DNA of 64,000 bases from Vicinamibacterales bacterium (GTDB taxonomy: Bacteria; Acidobacteriota; Vicinamibacteria; Vicinamibacterales; UBA8438). The stretch's first letter is position 1. Each line of letters begins with the position of its first letter. This document shows, piece after piece, positions 25,333-33,997 of the stretch. The notes under the pieces were generated by a model that was given only the letters and a program-made list of their open reading frames with translations, was not told the DNA's origin and made no database searches. The translations under genes were made by a program, and so were the position numbers. Where the stretch lies: contig OZ241978.1 in assembly GCA_965204175.1 (NCBI GenBank), positions 1,044,103 through 1,108,102 of the forward strand, read 5' to 3'.

Positions 25333-28300
25333 GTGGACCTTGGCGCCGCCGACTTCGGGATCTTCTTTCGTGCGATCCACGGAGACCCGCCTTTTCCGTG
25401 GCAGCAGCGTCTGGTCGACTTGCTGGCGAAAGACGACGAATGGCCCGATGTGCTGGACTTGCCCACGGGTTCGGGCAAGACCGCGGCGTTGGACGCGGCC
25501 GTCTTTCACTTGGCGTTGCGTTTCGAGTGTCCGGCGCGTGCCGCGTTGAGGATTGCCCTGGTCGTCGATCGACGCCTCGTGGTGGACGATGCCTACGAAC
25601 GCGCGACGAAGATCGAGAAGGCCCTCGACGAGGCGGCTCGCGCGGCGAAAGCGGAGTGTGGAGTTCCGCCGCTCTACGGGCCCGTGGTCGAGGTAGCCCG
25701 TCGCCTGCAACGTCTGGCCGGTGATGGAGAGCCGCCGCTCGTCGCGCGCCGACTTCGCGGAGGCGCGCCACTGGAGTCCGATTGGGCGCGGACGCCGACG
25801 CAGCCGACCATTCTCTGCTCGACCGTCGATCAGGTCGGTTCGCGGCTGCTGTTTCGGGGTTACGGCGTGTCGGATCGCATGAAGCCGGTTCACGCCGGAC
25901 TGTTCGGCCGGCACAGCCTGATCCTGCTGGACGAGGCCCATCTGTCGGAACCGTTTCGGCAGACCCTCCACGCCGTGCAGGAGATTGGCAGGGCTGAAGT
26001 GCGGACCGTCCTGCTCTCTGCGACACCGGGCATTGAACCGACGCGCCCTTTCGGACTGAGGCAAGATGACTACGCCAACCTTGAACTGAAACGTCGACTC
26101 GAAGCGCCCAAGCCCGCCAAGTTGAGTGTCGCCCACGGCGATCCGGGCGGAGCCTTCTTAAAGGCTGCCCGTGAGACCGCGGAACGGTTGCAGGGCCAGG
26201 GTGTGTCGAATCCGGCCGTCGGCGTCATCGTTAATCGAGTCGGCCTCGCGCGCGAGATCTTCGAGAAGCTGAGGGTCTTGGAGGAGGAAACAGGTTTCGA
26301 CTCCGTGCTGTTGATCGGCCGCTCGCGTCATGTCGGACGGGCTCGGATCGTCGAGAAGCTGAGCCCCTTTCGAACTGGCGAACCACGCGAATCGCCATCG
26401 TCCGCGCCTGCACGCGAGGGCACGGACGATGGGCAGCTCTCGCTCCTGCACGAGCGTCCCGGCGAATCGAATGTTCGACCACTGTTCGTGGTCGCCACGC
26501 AGTGTCTCGAGGTGGGAGTCGATCTCGATCTGGACGGGCTCGTCACGCAGGCTGCGTCGTTCGACGCACTCCGGCAGCGCTTCGGCCGGTTGAATCGAGC
26601 CGGGCGGCCGGTGTCTGCCAGCGGTGCGATTATCGCCCTCGCCGCGGACGTCGCCAAGAACGCCGACGACGCTGTCTATGGTGACCGGATAGCCAGGACC
26701 TGGGAGACGCTCCAGCGGATTGCACGTGACGATGAAGTGGACTTCGGCATCACGGCGCTGAAACAGAATCTGGCGAAAACCAAAGCGGGCGTGACCGAAC
26801 TGGCGATGCCCGGGGCGCGGGTGCCCACACTGATGCCCGCCTACGTCGATCTCTGGTCGCAGACCTCACCGCCGCCGTCCGCGGACCCCGACGTAGGGCT
26901 GTTTCTGCACGGCGTCGAGCGGACGTCCGCAGGCGTGTCGCTCGTCTGGCGCAGCGATATCACTACCGACGACTTGAGGGGCGACTGGGACCCGGCGCCC
27001 CTGCTGCAACTTGTTCCGCCGCGTGCCGCCGAGATGATCGAAGTACCGCTGTGGTCGGTGAGAGCGTGGCTGGGTGGGAGCCGGAACACGGAGCGACTGA
27101 CGAGCATGTCGGACACGGCCGAACATGGCGGTGACGAGGCGGCGTACGAGACAGGCGGAAGTGAACGCTCGGTGTTCCGTTGGGCCGGCGCCGGCGATCC
27201 GCGTACCGGGCGCGTGTCGCCGGATGCGCTACGCCCGGGTGACGTGCTGGTGGTGCCGGCCGACTACGGCGGCTGCGACGAGTTCGGGTGGGCCCCGGCT
27301 TCCGACAAGCAAGTCGCGGACCCGGCTTTCGACAAGGGGGTCAAGTGGGTCACCGACGTAGCCGACGAGGCGGCGCTGCCTTCTCGGAGACGGCGCCACG
27401 CAGTTCGGGTGGCTCGCGACGTCGTGGCGCACGACGACCAGTGGGACCGTCTTCGCGACGTTCTCGCGGATGACAGCCTCACCGGCCGCGACTTGGCAGA
27501 CCGGCTTCTGGAGGTGCTGCCGGTCGAATCACCGTCGGACTCGGACGATGAGAACGAAGGCGTCTCGCGCAGGCGCGCGGTACGCGAGCCATTGGAAGCA
27601 CTACTACGGCATGCAAAGGTACGGAACGGCATCAGCACGGACTTTCCGTATGCCGGCGGTCGTAGTGGAGGAACAGTGCTCGTTGCGCTCCATGGGGTGT
27701 GGGAACCCGGCGCAATCGAAGCGCGGAAACCTGATGGGCGACCGGTAACCGAAGACGACCGGCTTTCGCGTGCTGCACGGAACCCCGTGAGCATCGACGC
27801 ACACACGGCTCATGTCGTCGCGAACGTGGATCGCATCGTGCAGACACTCTGGGATCCCGATCTGCCCGTCGCCGGCGACCTGAAGCTCGCCGCGTTTTTG
27901 CATGATGCCGGGAAGGCGGATCCGCGCTTCCAGAACCTGTTGTCGGGCGGCGACCCGTGGAATCGTCCGGACGGTCCCGCAATGGCCAAGAGCGGCAACC
28001 GGTCTCCGAAGGGCGCCTGGGAACAGGCAGGTCTTCCGAGAGGATGGCGTCATGAGGCCCTTTCCGTGCGGATGGCGCAGGCGCATCCACGATTTGCGGA
28101 AGCCAACGATCCGGCCCTCGTGCTGTGGTTGATTGGTACGCACCACGGATTCGGACGGCCGTTCTTCGATTTCGCCGACCCGCACGATGGCGGTTTGGGT
28201 CACGAGGGAGTATTCGCTTGTCTCGACGTCGAGTGCTGGCGGCTTGCTTCTCGATCCGCACCGCAATCGATGGCCTTCGACCTCGATGGCGCCGACTGGC

Positions 28301-28416
28301 CGGCGATGTACGAGCAACTCAAGCAACGGTACGGAACCTGGGGATTGGCCCACCTGGAAGCGGTCCTGCGTCTGGCGGACCATCGTGCATCGGAGTCCGA
28401 GCAACACGATGACTGA
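25333..28416 (+). CDS. cas3: Cas3 helicase with C-terminal HD nuclease domain, module 2
   Basis: Walker A LPTGSGKT and DEAH box (LLDEAHLS). The C-terminal HD motifs are IDAHTAHV, AAFLHDAGKADPRFQ, WRHEALS and IGTHHGFGRP. A C-terminal HD is the I-U/I-G arrangement. The GTG at 25333 is approximate, and the upstream part of the 1141-aa track ORF overlaps csb2. Confidence 0.9.
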   Translation: MDLGAADFGIFFRAIHGDPPFPWQQRLVDLLAKDDEWPDVLDLPTGSGKTAALDAAVFHLALRFECPARAALRIALVVDRRLVVDDAYERATKIEKALDEAARAAKAECGVPPLYGPVVEVARRLQRLAGDGEPPLVARRLRGGAPLESDWARTPTQPTILCSTVDQVGSRLLFRGYGVSDRMKPVHAGLFGRHSLILLDEAHLSEPFRQTLHAVQEIGRAEVRTVLLSATPGIEPTRPFGLRQDDYANLELKRRLEAPKPAKLSVAHGDPGGAFLKAARETAERLQGQGVSNPAVGVIVNRVGLAREIFEKLRVLEEETGFDSVLLIGRSRHVGRARIVEKLSPFRTGEPRESPSSAPAREGTDDGQLSLLHERPGESNVRPLFVVATQCLEVGVDLDLDGLVTQAASFDALRQRFGRLNRAGRPVSASGAIIALAADVAKNADDAVYGDRIARTWETLQRIARDDEVDFGITALKQNLAKTKAGVTELAMPGARVPTLMPAYVDLWSQTSPPPSADPDVGLFLHGVERTSAGVSLVWRSDITTDDLRGDWDPAPLLQLVPPRAAEMIEVPLWSVRAWLGGSRNTERLTSMSDTAEHGGDEAAYETGGSERSVFRWAGAGDPRTGRVSPDALRPGDVLVVPADYGGCDEFGWAPASDKQVADPAFDKGVKWVTDVADEAALPSRRRRHAVRVARDVVAHDDQWDRLRDVLADDSLTGRDLADRLLEVLPVESPSDSDDENEGVSRRRAVREPLEALLRHAKVRNGISTDFPYAGGRSGGTVLVALHGVWEPGAIEARKPDGRPVTEDDRLSRAARNPVSIDAHTAHVVANVDRIVQTLWDPDLPVAGDLKLAAFLHDAGKADPRFQNLLSGGDPWNRPDGPAMAKSGNRSPKGAWEQAGLPRGWRHEALSVRMAQAHPRFAEANDPALVLWLIGTHHGFGRPFFDFADPHDGGLGHEGVFACLDVECWRLASRSAPQSMAFDLDGADWPAMYEQLKQRYGTWGLAHLEAVLRLADHRASESEQHDD

Positions 28417-29455
28417 AAGCTCCACGCATCGTCTGGCGGGTCTGGAACCCGACAACCTGTTGGCCTTCCTGGCTCTGCTGGGTATGCTGCGCACGCTCGA
28501 ACATGTGCGATCCGCATGGCGCCCACGCGTGGCGTGGACGGTCGACACGCCGCCTGTCCGGCCGACGTTGACCGTCGCCACGCGGGCGACGGAGGACGGG
28601 ATCATTGCCGCGGTCTCGGAGGGGCTGGCGGATCTGGCCGACCGCCACGACTTCAATCGACTCAAGGACCTGAAGCTCTCTCCGAAGGAGGCAGCCGAGA
28701 GACTCCGAATGGCCGTGACCCGGGACCGGTACACGTCCGACCTGTGGGCAGCTCTGACCAGCGATGCCGCGGTTCGTGAAAAGAACAAGGTGCAAGAGGC
28801 GGAACCGACGCCTCTTTGTCTCCTGTTCGGCCAGGGACATATGCACTTCATGTCCCGCTTGGCATCCGTTCCGCAGGAATCGGTCCCGCCGGCCAGGGGT
28901 GCCGGCCGCAAGAAGATCGCCATTGGGGAAACGGACTGTCTGCGCGAAGCGCTGCTCGAGCCCTGGACACGCCCGGACGCGACGTTCTCGTTCCGATGGG
29001 ACCCGCACGAGGACGTGCGCTACGCGTTGCGCGCCACCGACCCGACGGATTCCAAGACCAAGGAGACGACGCAGCACGGAGCCAACCGGCTGGCCGCCAT
29101 CGGCCTCTCCACGCTGACTGTGGTTCCGCGGCTGCGTGGCGCGACCGCTCGGCTCGCCGTTATCGGCGGAATGCGTGAACGGGGCGGCGGTTTCGCCTTC
29201 ACGTGGCCGATCTGGCGTCACCCGATCAGTCTTGCGACGATTCGATCTCTGCTTGGCCACACTGGACTCGACAAGCGGGCCACCTGGGATGCGCTGAGTA
29301 TTCTCGAGTTGCGGCGAGCGCGCCGAATCTCGGTTGGCAAGTTCATGAACTTCACGAGGGCTGAGTCGATTGGCGAGCCGGAGGCAGAGACGCGGGCTTC
29401 CCGCAACGGCTCGGTTGTGGCTTCACGCCCAGGGTCGCCCGGTGGGGCCGCGTAG
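28409..29455 (+). CDS. short Cas8u-like protein (Csb3/Csx17-N-like), module 2
   Basis: The N-terminus HRLAGLEPDNLLAFLALLGMLRTL resembles LALHGCAPTPLASYLKALGVLRLV of the module 1 Csx17. The ATG overlaps the cas3 stop by 8 nt. At 348 aa it is far shorter than the 845-aa Csx17. Assignment rests on position and this weak N-terminal similarity only. Confidence 0.55.
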   Translation: MTESSTHRLAGLEPDNLLAFLALLGMLRTLEHVRSAWRPRVAWTVDTPPVRPTLTVATRATEDGIIAAVSEGLADLADRHDFNRLKDLKLSPKEAAERLRMAVTRDRYTSDLWAALTSDAAVREKNKVQEAEPTPLCLLFGQGHMHFMSRLASVPQESVPPARGAGRKKIAIGETDCLREALLEPWTRPDATFSFRWDPHEDVRYALRATDPTDSKTKETTQHGANRLAAIGLSTLTVVPRLRGATARLAVIGGMRERGGGFAFTWPIWRHPISLATIRSLLGHTGLDKRATWDALSILELRRARRISVGKFMNFTRAESIGEPEAETRASRNGSVVASRPGSPGGAA

Positions 29456-29470
29456 AGCCGGGCAGCGTGG

Positions 29471-29615
29471 CCGATGACCAGACGCAAACTGCCGATCGGC
29501 ATCCAGACGTTCCGGAAGATCAGGGAAGGGAACTACTACTGCGTCGACAAGACCCCTACATCGCGCGGCTGATCGACGAGGGCAAGCACTACGTCCTCTC
29601 GCGCCCCGGGTGTTT
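29471..29615 (+). pseudogene. N-terminal remnant of an AAA-ATPase/PD-(D/E)XK (DUF1703-like) gene
   Basis: MTRRKLPIGIQTFRKIREGNYYCVDKTP, then after a frameshift YIARLIDEGKHYVLSRPG. This matches the very conserved N-terminus of the family (KLPIGIQ.F..IRE.NY.YVDKT.YI..LI..GKYYFLSRPRRFGK). Only about 48 codons remain. Confidence 0.5.
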
Positions 29616-29695
29616 AGCAGGCGCGGCTCCTGACCGCGTTCCGCCCGAAAAGCTAAAATCCGCGCAACGCGAAAAGCTAACGGGAGCGCGTCGCG

Positions 29696-31237
29696 ATGCC
29701 CCCCCCGTCGGAGAAGCTGGCCGGTTCCCTGGACGCCCTGCGGTCCCTGCAGGAGCGCGGCGTCGTCGCCGTGCGCGCTGCGGCTCTCCCGCGATCGCAC
29801 CGCGAGCGGCTCGTCCGGCACGGGTTCCTGTTGCCGGTCATGAAGGGCTGGTACGTCGCCGGCTCGCCGGACCGGCAAGCGGGCGACAGCACGGCGTGGT
29901 ACGCGTCGTTCTGGCGGTTCTGCGCCGGCTACCTGCACGCCCGCTTCGGCGAGGCCTGGTGCCTGTCGCCGGAGCAGTCCCTCTTGCTGCAGGCTGGCAA
30001 TCGAACGGTGCCGGAGCAGCTCCTTGTCCGGGCGCCGAGGGGGCGCAACCGCGTCACTCCCTTGCTTCACGGAACGTCCCTGCTGGAAGTCCGCGCGGCG
30101 ATGCCCGCAGCCGGAGACGTCGTGGAGGTGGACGGTATGCGCGCGTTCAGTCCGGCCGCCGCGCTGATCGCCTGCCCGGCCCGGTTCTTCCAGCGGCATC
30201 CGGTCGATGCGCGGGCGGCGCTCGCCCTCGTGGGCGACGCGTCGGATGTGCTGCCCCGTCTTCTCGACGGGGGCCACGGCACGGTCGCCGGCCGTCTCGC
30301 CGCCGCCTTCCGCGACGTCGGTCGGGACGGGATAGCGAACGAGATCGTCGAGACGATGCGGGCGGCCGACTTCGGTGTCCGGGAATCCAGTCCCTTCGCG
30401 ACGGCGTCCCCCGCGCGGCCGATCCGGCGCGACGTCTCTCCGGTGGCTCGGCGGCTGCATCTGATCCGGGACGCCACGCGAGGCCGCGTCCTCGACCGCT
30501 TTCCCCGCCCGCCCGGCCGCCCCGCCGAGGTCGAGGTCGTGCTCGCCCGGATCGAGGACGTCTACGCTACCGATGCATACCACTCGCTCTCCATCGAGGG
30601 CTATCGCGTCAGTCCGACCCTGATCGCCCGCGTGCGCAGCGGTGATTGGAACCCGGAGCGTCAGCCGGCGGACCGGGTCCACCGCGACGCGCTGGCCGCC
30701 CGCGGCTACTGGCAGGCCTACCAGGCCGTGCGCAACAGCGTCCGCCGCGCGGTTGCGGGCGAGCCTCCCGGCGCCGTCGCCGAAGCGGATCACCGGACCT
30801 GGTACCGCGAGCTGTTCGCGCCGAGCGTCGCCGCCGGCCTCGTCCGCCCGGCCGATCTCGCCGGTTACCGCGACGCGCCCGTCTTCATCCAGCGCTCGAT
30901 GCACGTACCGCCGAGCCCGCGCGCCGTCCGCGACGCGATGCCGGCGCTGTTCGGGCTGCTGCGGGAAGAGCCGGACCCGGCGGTGCGCGCCGTGCTCGGG
31001 CACTTCCTGTTCGTCTACGTCCATCCCTACCCGGACGGCAACGGCCGCATCGGCCGGTTCCTGATGAACCTGATGCTGACGGCCGCCGGCTATCCCTGGA
31101 CGGTGATCCCGGTCGAGCGCCGGGATGCGTACATGGCGGCGCTCGAAGCGGCGAGCGTGCGGCACGACATCGGTCCGTTCACCGATTTTCTGGCCGGGTT
31201 GGTGGGTGAAGGGGCGATTACAGCCGGGTTTGGGTAG
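29696..31237 (+). CDS. Fic/DOC family protein with AbiEi-like N-terminal wHTH domain
   Basis: Fic motif HPYPDGNGRIGR (HxFx[D/E]GNGRxxR). The N-terminal LRSLQERGVVAVRAAALPRSHRERLVRHGFLLPVMKGWYV resembles AbiEi-type antitoxin domains. Confidence 0.85.
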   Translation: MPPPSEKLAGSLDALRSLQERGVVAVRAAALPRSHRERLVRHGFLLPVMKGWYVAGSPDRQAGDSTAWYASFWRFCAGYLHARFGEAWCLSPEQSLLLQAGNRTVPEQLLVRAPRGRNRVTPLLHGTSLLEVRAAMPAAGDVVEVDGMRAFSPAAALIACPARFFQRHPVDARAALALVGDASDVLPRLLDGGHGTVAGRLAAAFRDVGRDGIANEIVETMRAADFGVRESSPFATASPARPIRRDVSPVARRLHLIRDATRGRVLDRFPRPPGRPAEVEVVLARIEDVYATDAYHSLSIEGYRVSPTLIARVRSGDWNPERQPADRVHRDALAARGYWQAYQAVRNSVRRAVAGEPPGAVAEADHRTWYRELFAPSVAAGLVRPADLAGYRDAPVFIQRSMHVPPSPRAVRDAMPALFGLLREEPDPAVRAVLGHFLFVYVHPYPDGNGRIGRFLMNLMLTAAGYPWTVIPVERRDAYMAALEAASVRHDIGPFTDFLAGLVGEGAITAGFG

Positions 31238-31270
31238 GCGCCGCGAGTGCCTGGGAGCTGGCGACCGGCA
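31224..31270 (+). repeat. 47-nt vapC-derived fragment, imperfect direct repeat of 21673-21719
   Basis: CCGGGTTTGGGTAGGCGCCGCGAGTGCCTGGGAGCTGGCGACCGGCA versus CAGGTTTGGGTAAGTGCCGCGAGCGCCTGGGAACTGGCGACCAAGCA, roughly 80-85% identical. It would encode VWVGAASAWELAT, compared with VWVSAASAWELAT in the vapC pseudogene. Confidence 0.55.
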
Positions 31271-31285
31271 GGCGTTCTCTCCTTG

Positions 31286-31993
31286 TCAGGGGCCGTACTG
31301 GAGAGCGAAGGCCGGTGCGAGACGGGCGGCCAGTTTCTCGGCGCGTCGAGTGCGGGCGATGTCGTTCGGTTCCTGGAGCAGCGCCTCCAGGTCTCCCGGT
31401 CGGAGACCGGGCACCGCGGCCGACTCGTCGGTTTCGCGCCACCCGTCCTGCCCGGCGACGAAGATGGTCGCGGCGCCCTGCGGTTGGGCTTCCGAGCCGC
31501 CGGTACGGCTCCAGACCCACAGCTCCGGTACGCCGAGTCGCCGGTAGGCTGCCAGGCGGGCTTCGAACCGTTCCCGGCTCAGCAGCGTGGTGTCGATTTC
31601 CACGACGAGGTCGGGAACCGGCGCAGGGCGGACCGCCGTCTCGAGCGCCTTGAGCTTGGCCGGGGAGACGAAGAGCTGCGCGTCCGGATGGCGCCGGTCG
31701 TCTTCGCCGCCTTCGACCGGTGCGGTTGCGCCGACATGGGCCGGCGCACCGGATGTGCGGCGCAACTCCGTCAGGAGCTCGGTCACGGCGAAGGCTCTCG
31801 GGTCGTGGTATCGACCGTTGGGCACGGCGTCCACCTCCAGCGTGCGCCGGGGACCGTTGTACGAGGAACCGCGCGGCAGGCTCTCGCTGTCCATCAGACG
31901 GTCGTAGCATTCCACGGGCATGGGGAAGATCAATGCCCCGTGCTCGACGCGCACGTCCGAGTGCTGATTGAAGATCGCCGTCGCGGCGGCCAT
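31286..31993 (-). CDS. Uma2-family (DUF820) putative endonuclease
   Basis: PD-(D/E)XK-like core PDLVVEIDTT...RFEARLAAYRRLGVPELWVWS typical of Uma2 proteins. Confidence 0.75.
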   Translation of the reverse strand: MAAATAIFNQHSDVRVEHGALIFPMPVECYDRLMDSESLPRGSSYNGPRRTLEVDAVPNGRYHDPRAFAVTELLTELRRTSGAPAHVGATAPVEGGEDDRRHPDAQLFVSPAKLKALETAVRPAPVPDLVVEIDTTLLSRERFEARLAAYRRLGVPELWVWSRTGGSEAQPQGAATIFVAGQDGWRETDESAAVPGLRPGDLEALLQEPNDIARTRRAEKLAARLAPAFALQYGP

Positions 31994-32096
31994 GCCGGCA
32001 GCCTACTCCACTTCAGGCGCGGACAGGTAGTGATCGGGGAGAAGCCGGCCGGACCTTCGCGGCCACGGGCGCGCTAGCATTACGGCATGGAAGGCC

Positions 32097-32864
32097 GTGG
32101 CGTGCGCCCGACCCGTCCGGCGCCGAGGGCGGGCGCAGGAACCCTGCTGCCGTTCGATCCCGATCGCCTTGCACGGCCGCACGAACTGCATTTCCGCGGC
32201 CTGCGTCACGGCATCTGGCTGCATCCGGCGGTGTCGGCCCACCGCGCCCGACGACCTGAACGACGACATCGCCGGGCGGCCCTGGACGGACGCGCAGATC
32301 CGGCTCGTGGAAGACGAGCGGCCGGTCTGCCTTATCCTCGGCCGGCCGGGCTCGGGCAAGACGACCGTGCTCTGGAAGGCGGTCGAGGCCAGGAGCGGCC
32401 AGCGCATTCTGTACCTCACGTGGTCGAGCGCCCTGACGAACCACGCCGAGGAACGCTTCGCGTCGTTCGCCCCCACCGACGTCGAGGTCGTCGCCCGCGA
32501 CTTCGCGACGTTCGTCGGGGAAATCTGCGGGACCGATGTTCCCCGGCAGGCTCTGGCCGCCAGCCGCAACCGGTTCGACGGCGCCCTCACCCGGCTCGGC
32601 CGCGACATGGCCGGACCGTGGAAGAACCGGCGCGATGCGCTGCACGCCGAGTTGCGCGCCATCCTCTTCGGGCGGGCGATACCCGGCGCGCCTGCTCGTC
32701 GACGGTCCGCCCGACGGGGTGCAGCGCCGCGATCAGCGTCCCTCGATCTCGTTGCGGGCGGCGCTGGAGAGGAACGCCGAGCGGGTCATGCCGCGCCGCT
32801 TCGCCTCTTCGTCGATGGCGCGCAGCAGGCCGAAGTCCAGAGAGACGTTGATGCGGCGCGGTGA
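32097..32864 (+). pseudogene. truncated P-loop NTPase (UvrD/AAA-like N-terminal fragment)
   Basis: Walker A LILGRPGSGKTTVLW followed by about 130 aa of helicase-like sequence. The reading frame then runs antisense into the hicB gene, and no helicase motifs beyond the first domain are present. Confidence 0.4.
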
Positions 32865-33137
32865 GCCCTTGTCGAGAATGAGCGGGACGAACGCGATGGT
32901 CGCTCCGTCCCGCCAGTCGGCCAGACTCTCGTCGGCCTTGATGGCGTGGAGGGAGCGCGGCTCGGGAACCGGTTCTCCGTCGGCCAGCATGCCTTCGACG
33001 TGAAACGAGAGCGCCTCGGCCCCGCGCCGGAGCGCGTGGTCGGCGGTGTCGCCATCGGAGACGCAGCCGGGGAAGTCGGGAAAGCTGACGCCGAATCCGG
33101 GCTCGTCGTCGTCGTGAAGGAATGCCACGTAACGCAT
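32733..33137 (-). CDS. hicB: HicB-family antitoxin with C-terminal RHH domain
   Basis: MRYVAFLHDDDEPGFGVSFPDFPGCVSDGDTADHALRRGAEAL (HicB/UPF0150 fold) plus a CopG-like C-terminus SLDFGLLRAIDEEAKRRGMTRSAFL. Confidence 0.85.
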   Translation of the reverse strand: MRYVAFLHDDDEPGFGVSFPDFPGCVSDGDTADHALRRGAEALSFHVEGMLADGEPVPEPRSLHAIKADESLADWRDGATIAFVPLILDKGSPRRINVSLDFGLLRAIDEEAKRRGMTRSAFLSSAARNEIEGR

Positions 33138-33140
33138 CTC

Positions 33141-33284
33141 AGTCTTTCCGTCGGACCCAGCCCGCCTGCCGGTAGGAGATCGGCCCGTTCGCTGAATTCT
33201 GGCGGGATTGGTGATGCACGGAGTGAGGCGGGGAAGGTGAGTCGCCCGACCAACGCCGTTCAGGCTGACACCTGCACTTCAAAG
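33141..33284 (-). pseudogene. possible degenerate HicA toxin remnant (about 47 codons, below track cutoff)
   Basis: The minus-strand frame ends ...PPHSVHHQSRQNSANGPISYRQAGWVRRKD* with its TGA overlapping the hicB ATG (TGAGATG). The tail resembles the HicA C-terminus (…G.L.SI.KQAGL). There is no ATG, only a possible TTG start, and the N-terminal half is missing or degenerate. Confidence 0.25.
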
Positions 33285-33402
33285 AGGCCCCGCCCCACGG
33301 CTACAGTATGCCATAAATTCGGTTCGCAGGCGTAAGCCTGAAAGATGTAGTGGGCCGCTTGTTTTTCTCGTGTCTGATGGCCAAAACTCTTTTCTTCGAT
33401 TC

Positions 33403-33431
33403 TTGACCAGGCTTTCCTCAACGAGTACTTT
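33403..33431 (+). promoter_or_regulatory. candidate sigma-70 promoter for hicBA
   Basis: TTGACC (33403-33408), a 17-nt spacer, then TACTTT (33426-33431). A GGAGGGAGGGG SD and the ATG at 33456 follow. Confidence 0.35.
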
Positions 33432-33455
33432 CGTTCTGGAGGGAGGGGACAAGAG

Positions 33456-33758
33456 ATGAAGATCAGGGTGTCTGTCGTCGTTGAGCCTGACGGCGGCGGA
33501 TTCCATGCGTACTGTCCAGCGTTCAAGGGTCTGCACATCGATGGGGAGACGCAGCAGGACGCGATTGAGCGAACCTGCCGAGCTTTGGAGTGGTACCTGG
33601 ATTCTCTTGAGCGGCACGGCGACCCGCTTCCGGTTGGGCCGGACTGCGTTGTGGAAGACGGCCGCCCGCGAATTCCCGTCCACTCGGTGCCCCCCGGGGC
33701 CATCCTGAAGAATGTTGAGGTTCCGTGGCCGTCTCAAGAAGCGTTTGGAACCAACTGA
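33456..33758 (+). CDS. hicB: HicB-like antitoxin (UPF0150)
   Basis: MKIRVSVVVEPDGGGFHAYCPAFKGLHIDGETQQDAIERTCRALEWYL is a typical HicB N-terminal domain. Confidence 0.8.
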   Translation: MKIRVSVVVEPDGGGFHAYCPAFKGLHIDGETQQDAIERTCRALEWYLDSLERHGDPLPVGPDCVVEDGRPRIPVHSVPPGAILKNVEVPWPSQEAFGTN

Positions 33759-33997
33759 AGGCGATAACGGCAGATGAACTGATTCGTGCTCTCGAGAAAG
33801 ACGGGTGGGTCGACGAGGATCGTCGTGGGGCAACGCGAGGCTTCGTGAAGAACATACATGGCGGCGGTCGGCAGCGAGTTGTCATCCACTACCATCCGGG
33901 CAAGACCTATGGCCAGAAACTTCTCAAGGCGCTGCTTGATTCCACAGCATGGACCGACGACGATCTCAAGAGACTCAAACTGATCAAGAGAGCATAA
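33725..33997 (+). CDS. hicA: HicA-like toxin (YcfA family)
   Basis: LKAITADELIRALEKDGWVDEDRRG...RVVIHYHPGKTYGQKLLKALLDSTAWTDDDLKRL. GTG start overlaps the hicB 3' end. Confidence 0.7.
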   Translation: MAVSRSVWNQLKAITADELIRALEKDGWVDEDRRGATRGFVKNIHGGGRQRVVIHYHPGKTYGQKLLKALLDSTAWTDDDLKRLKLIKRA

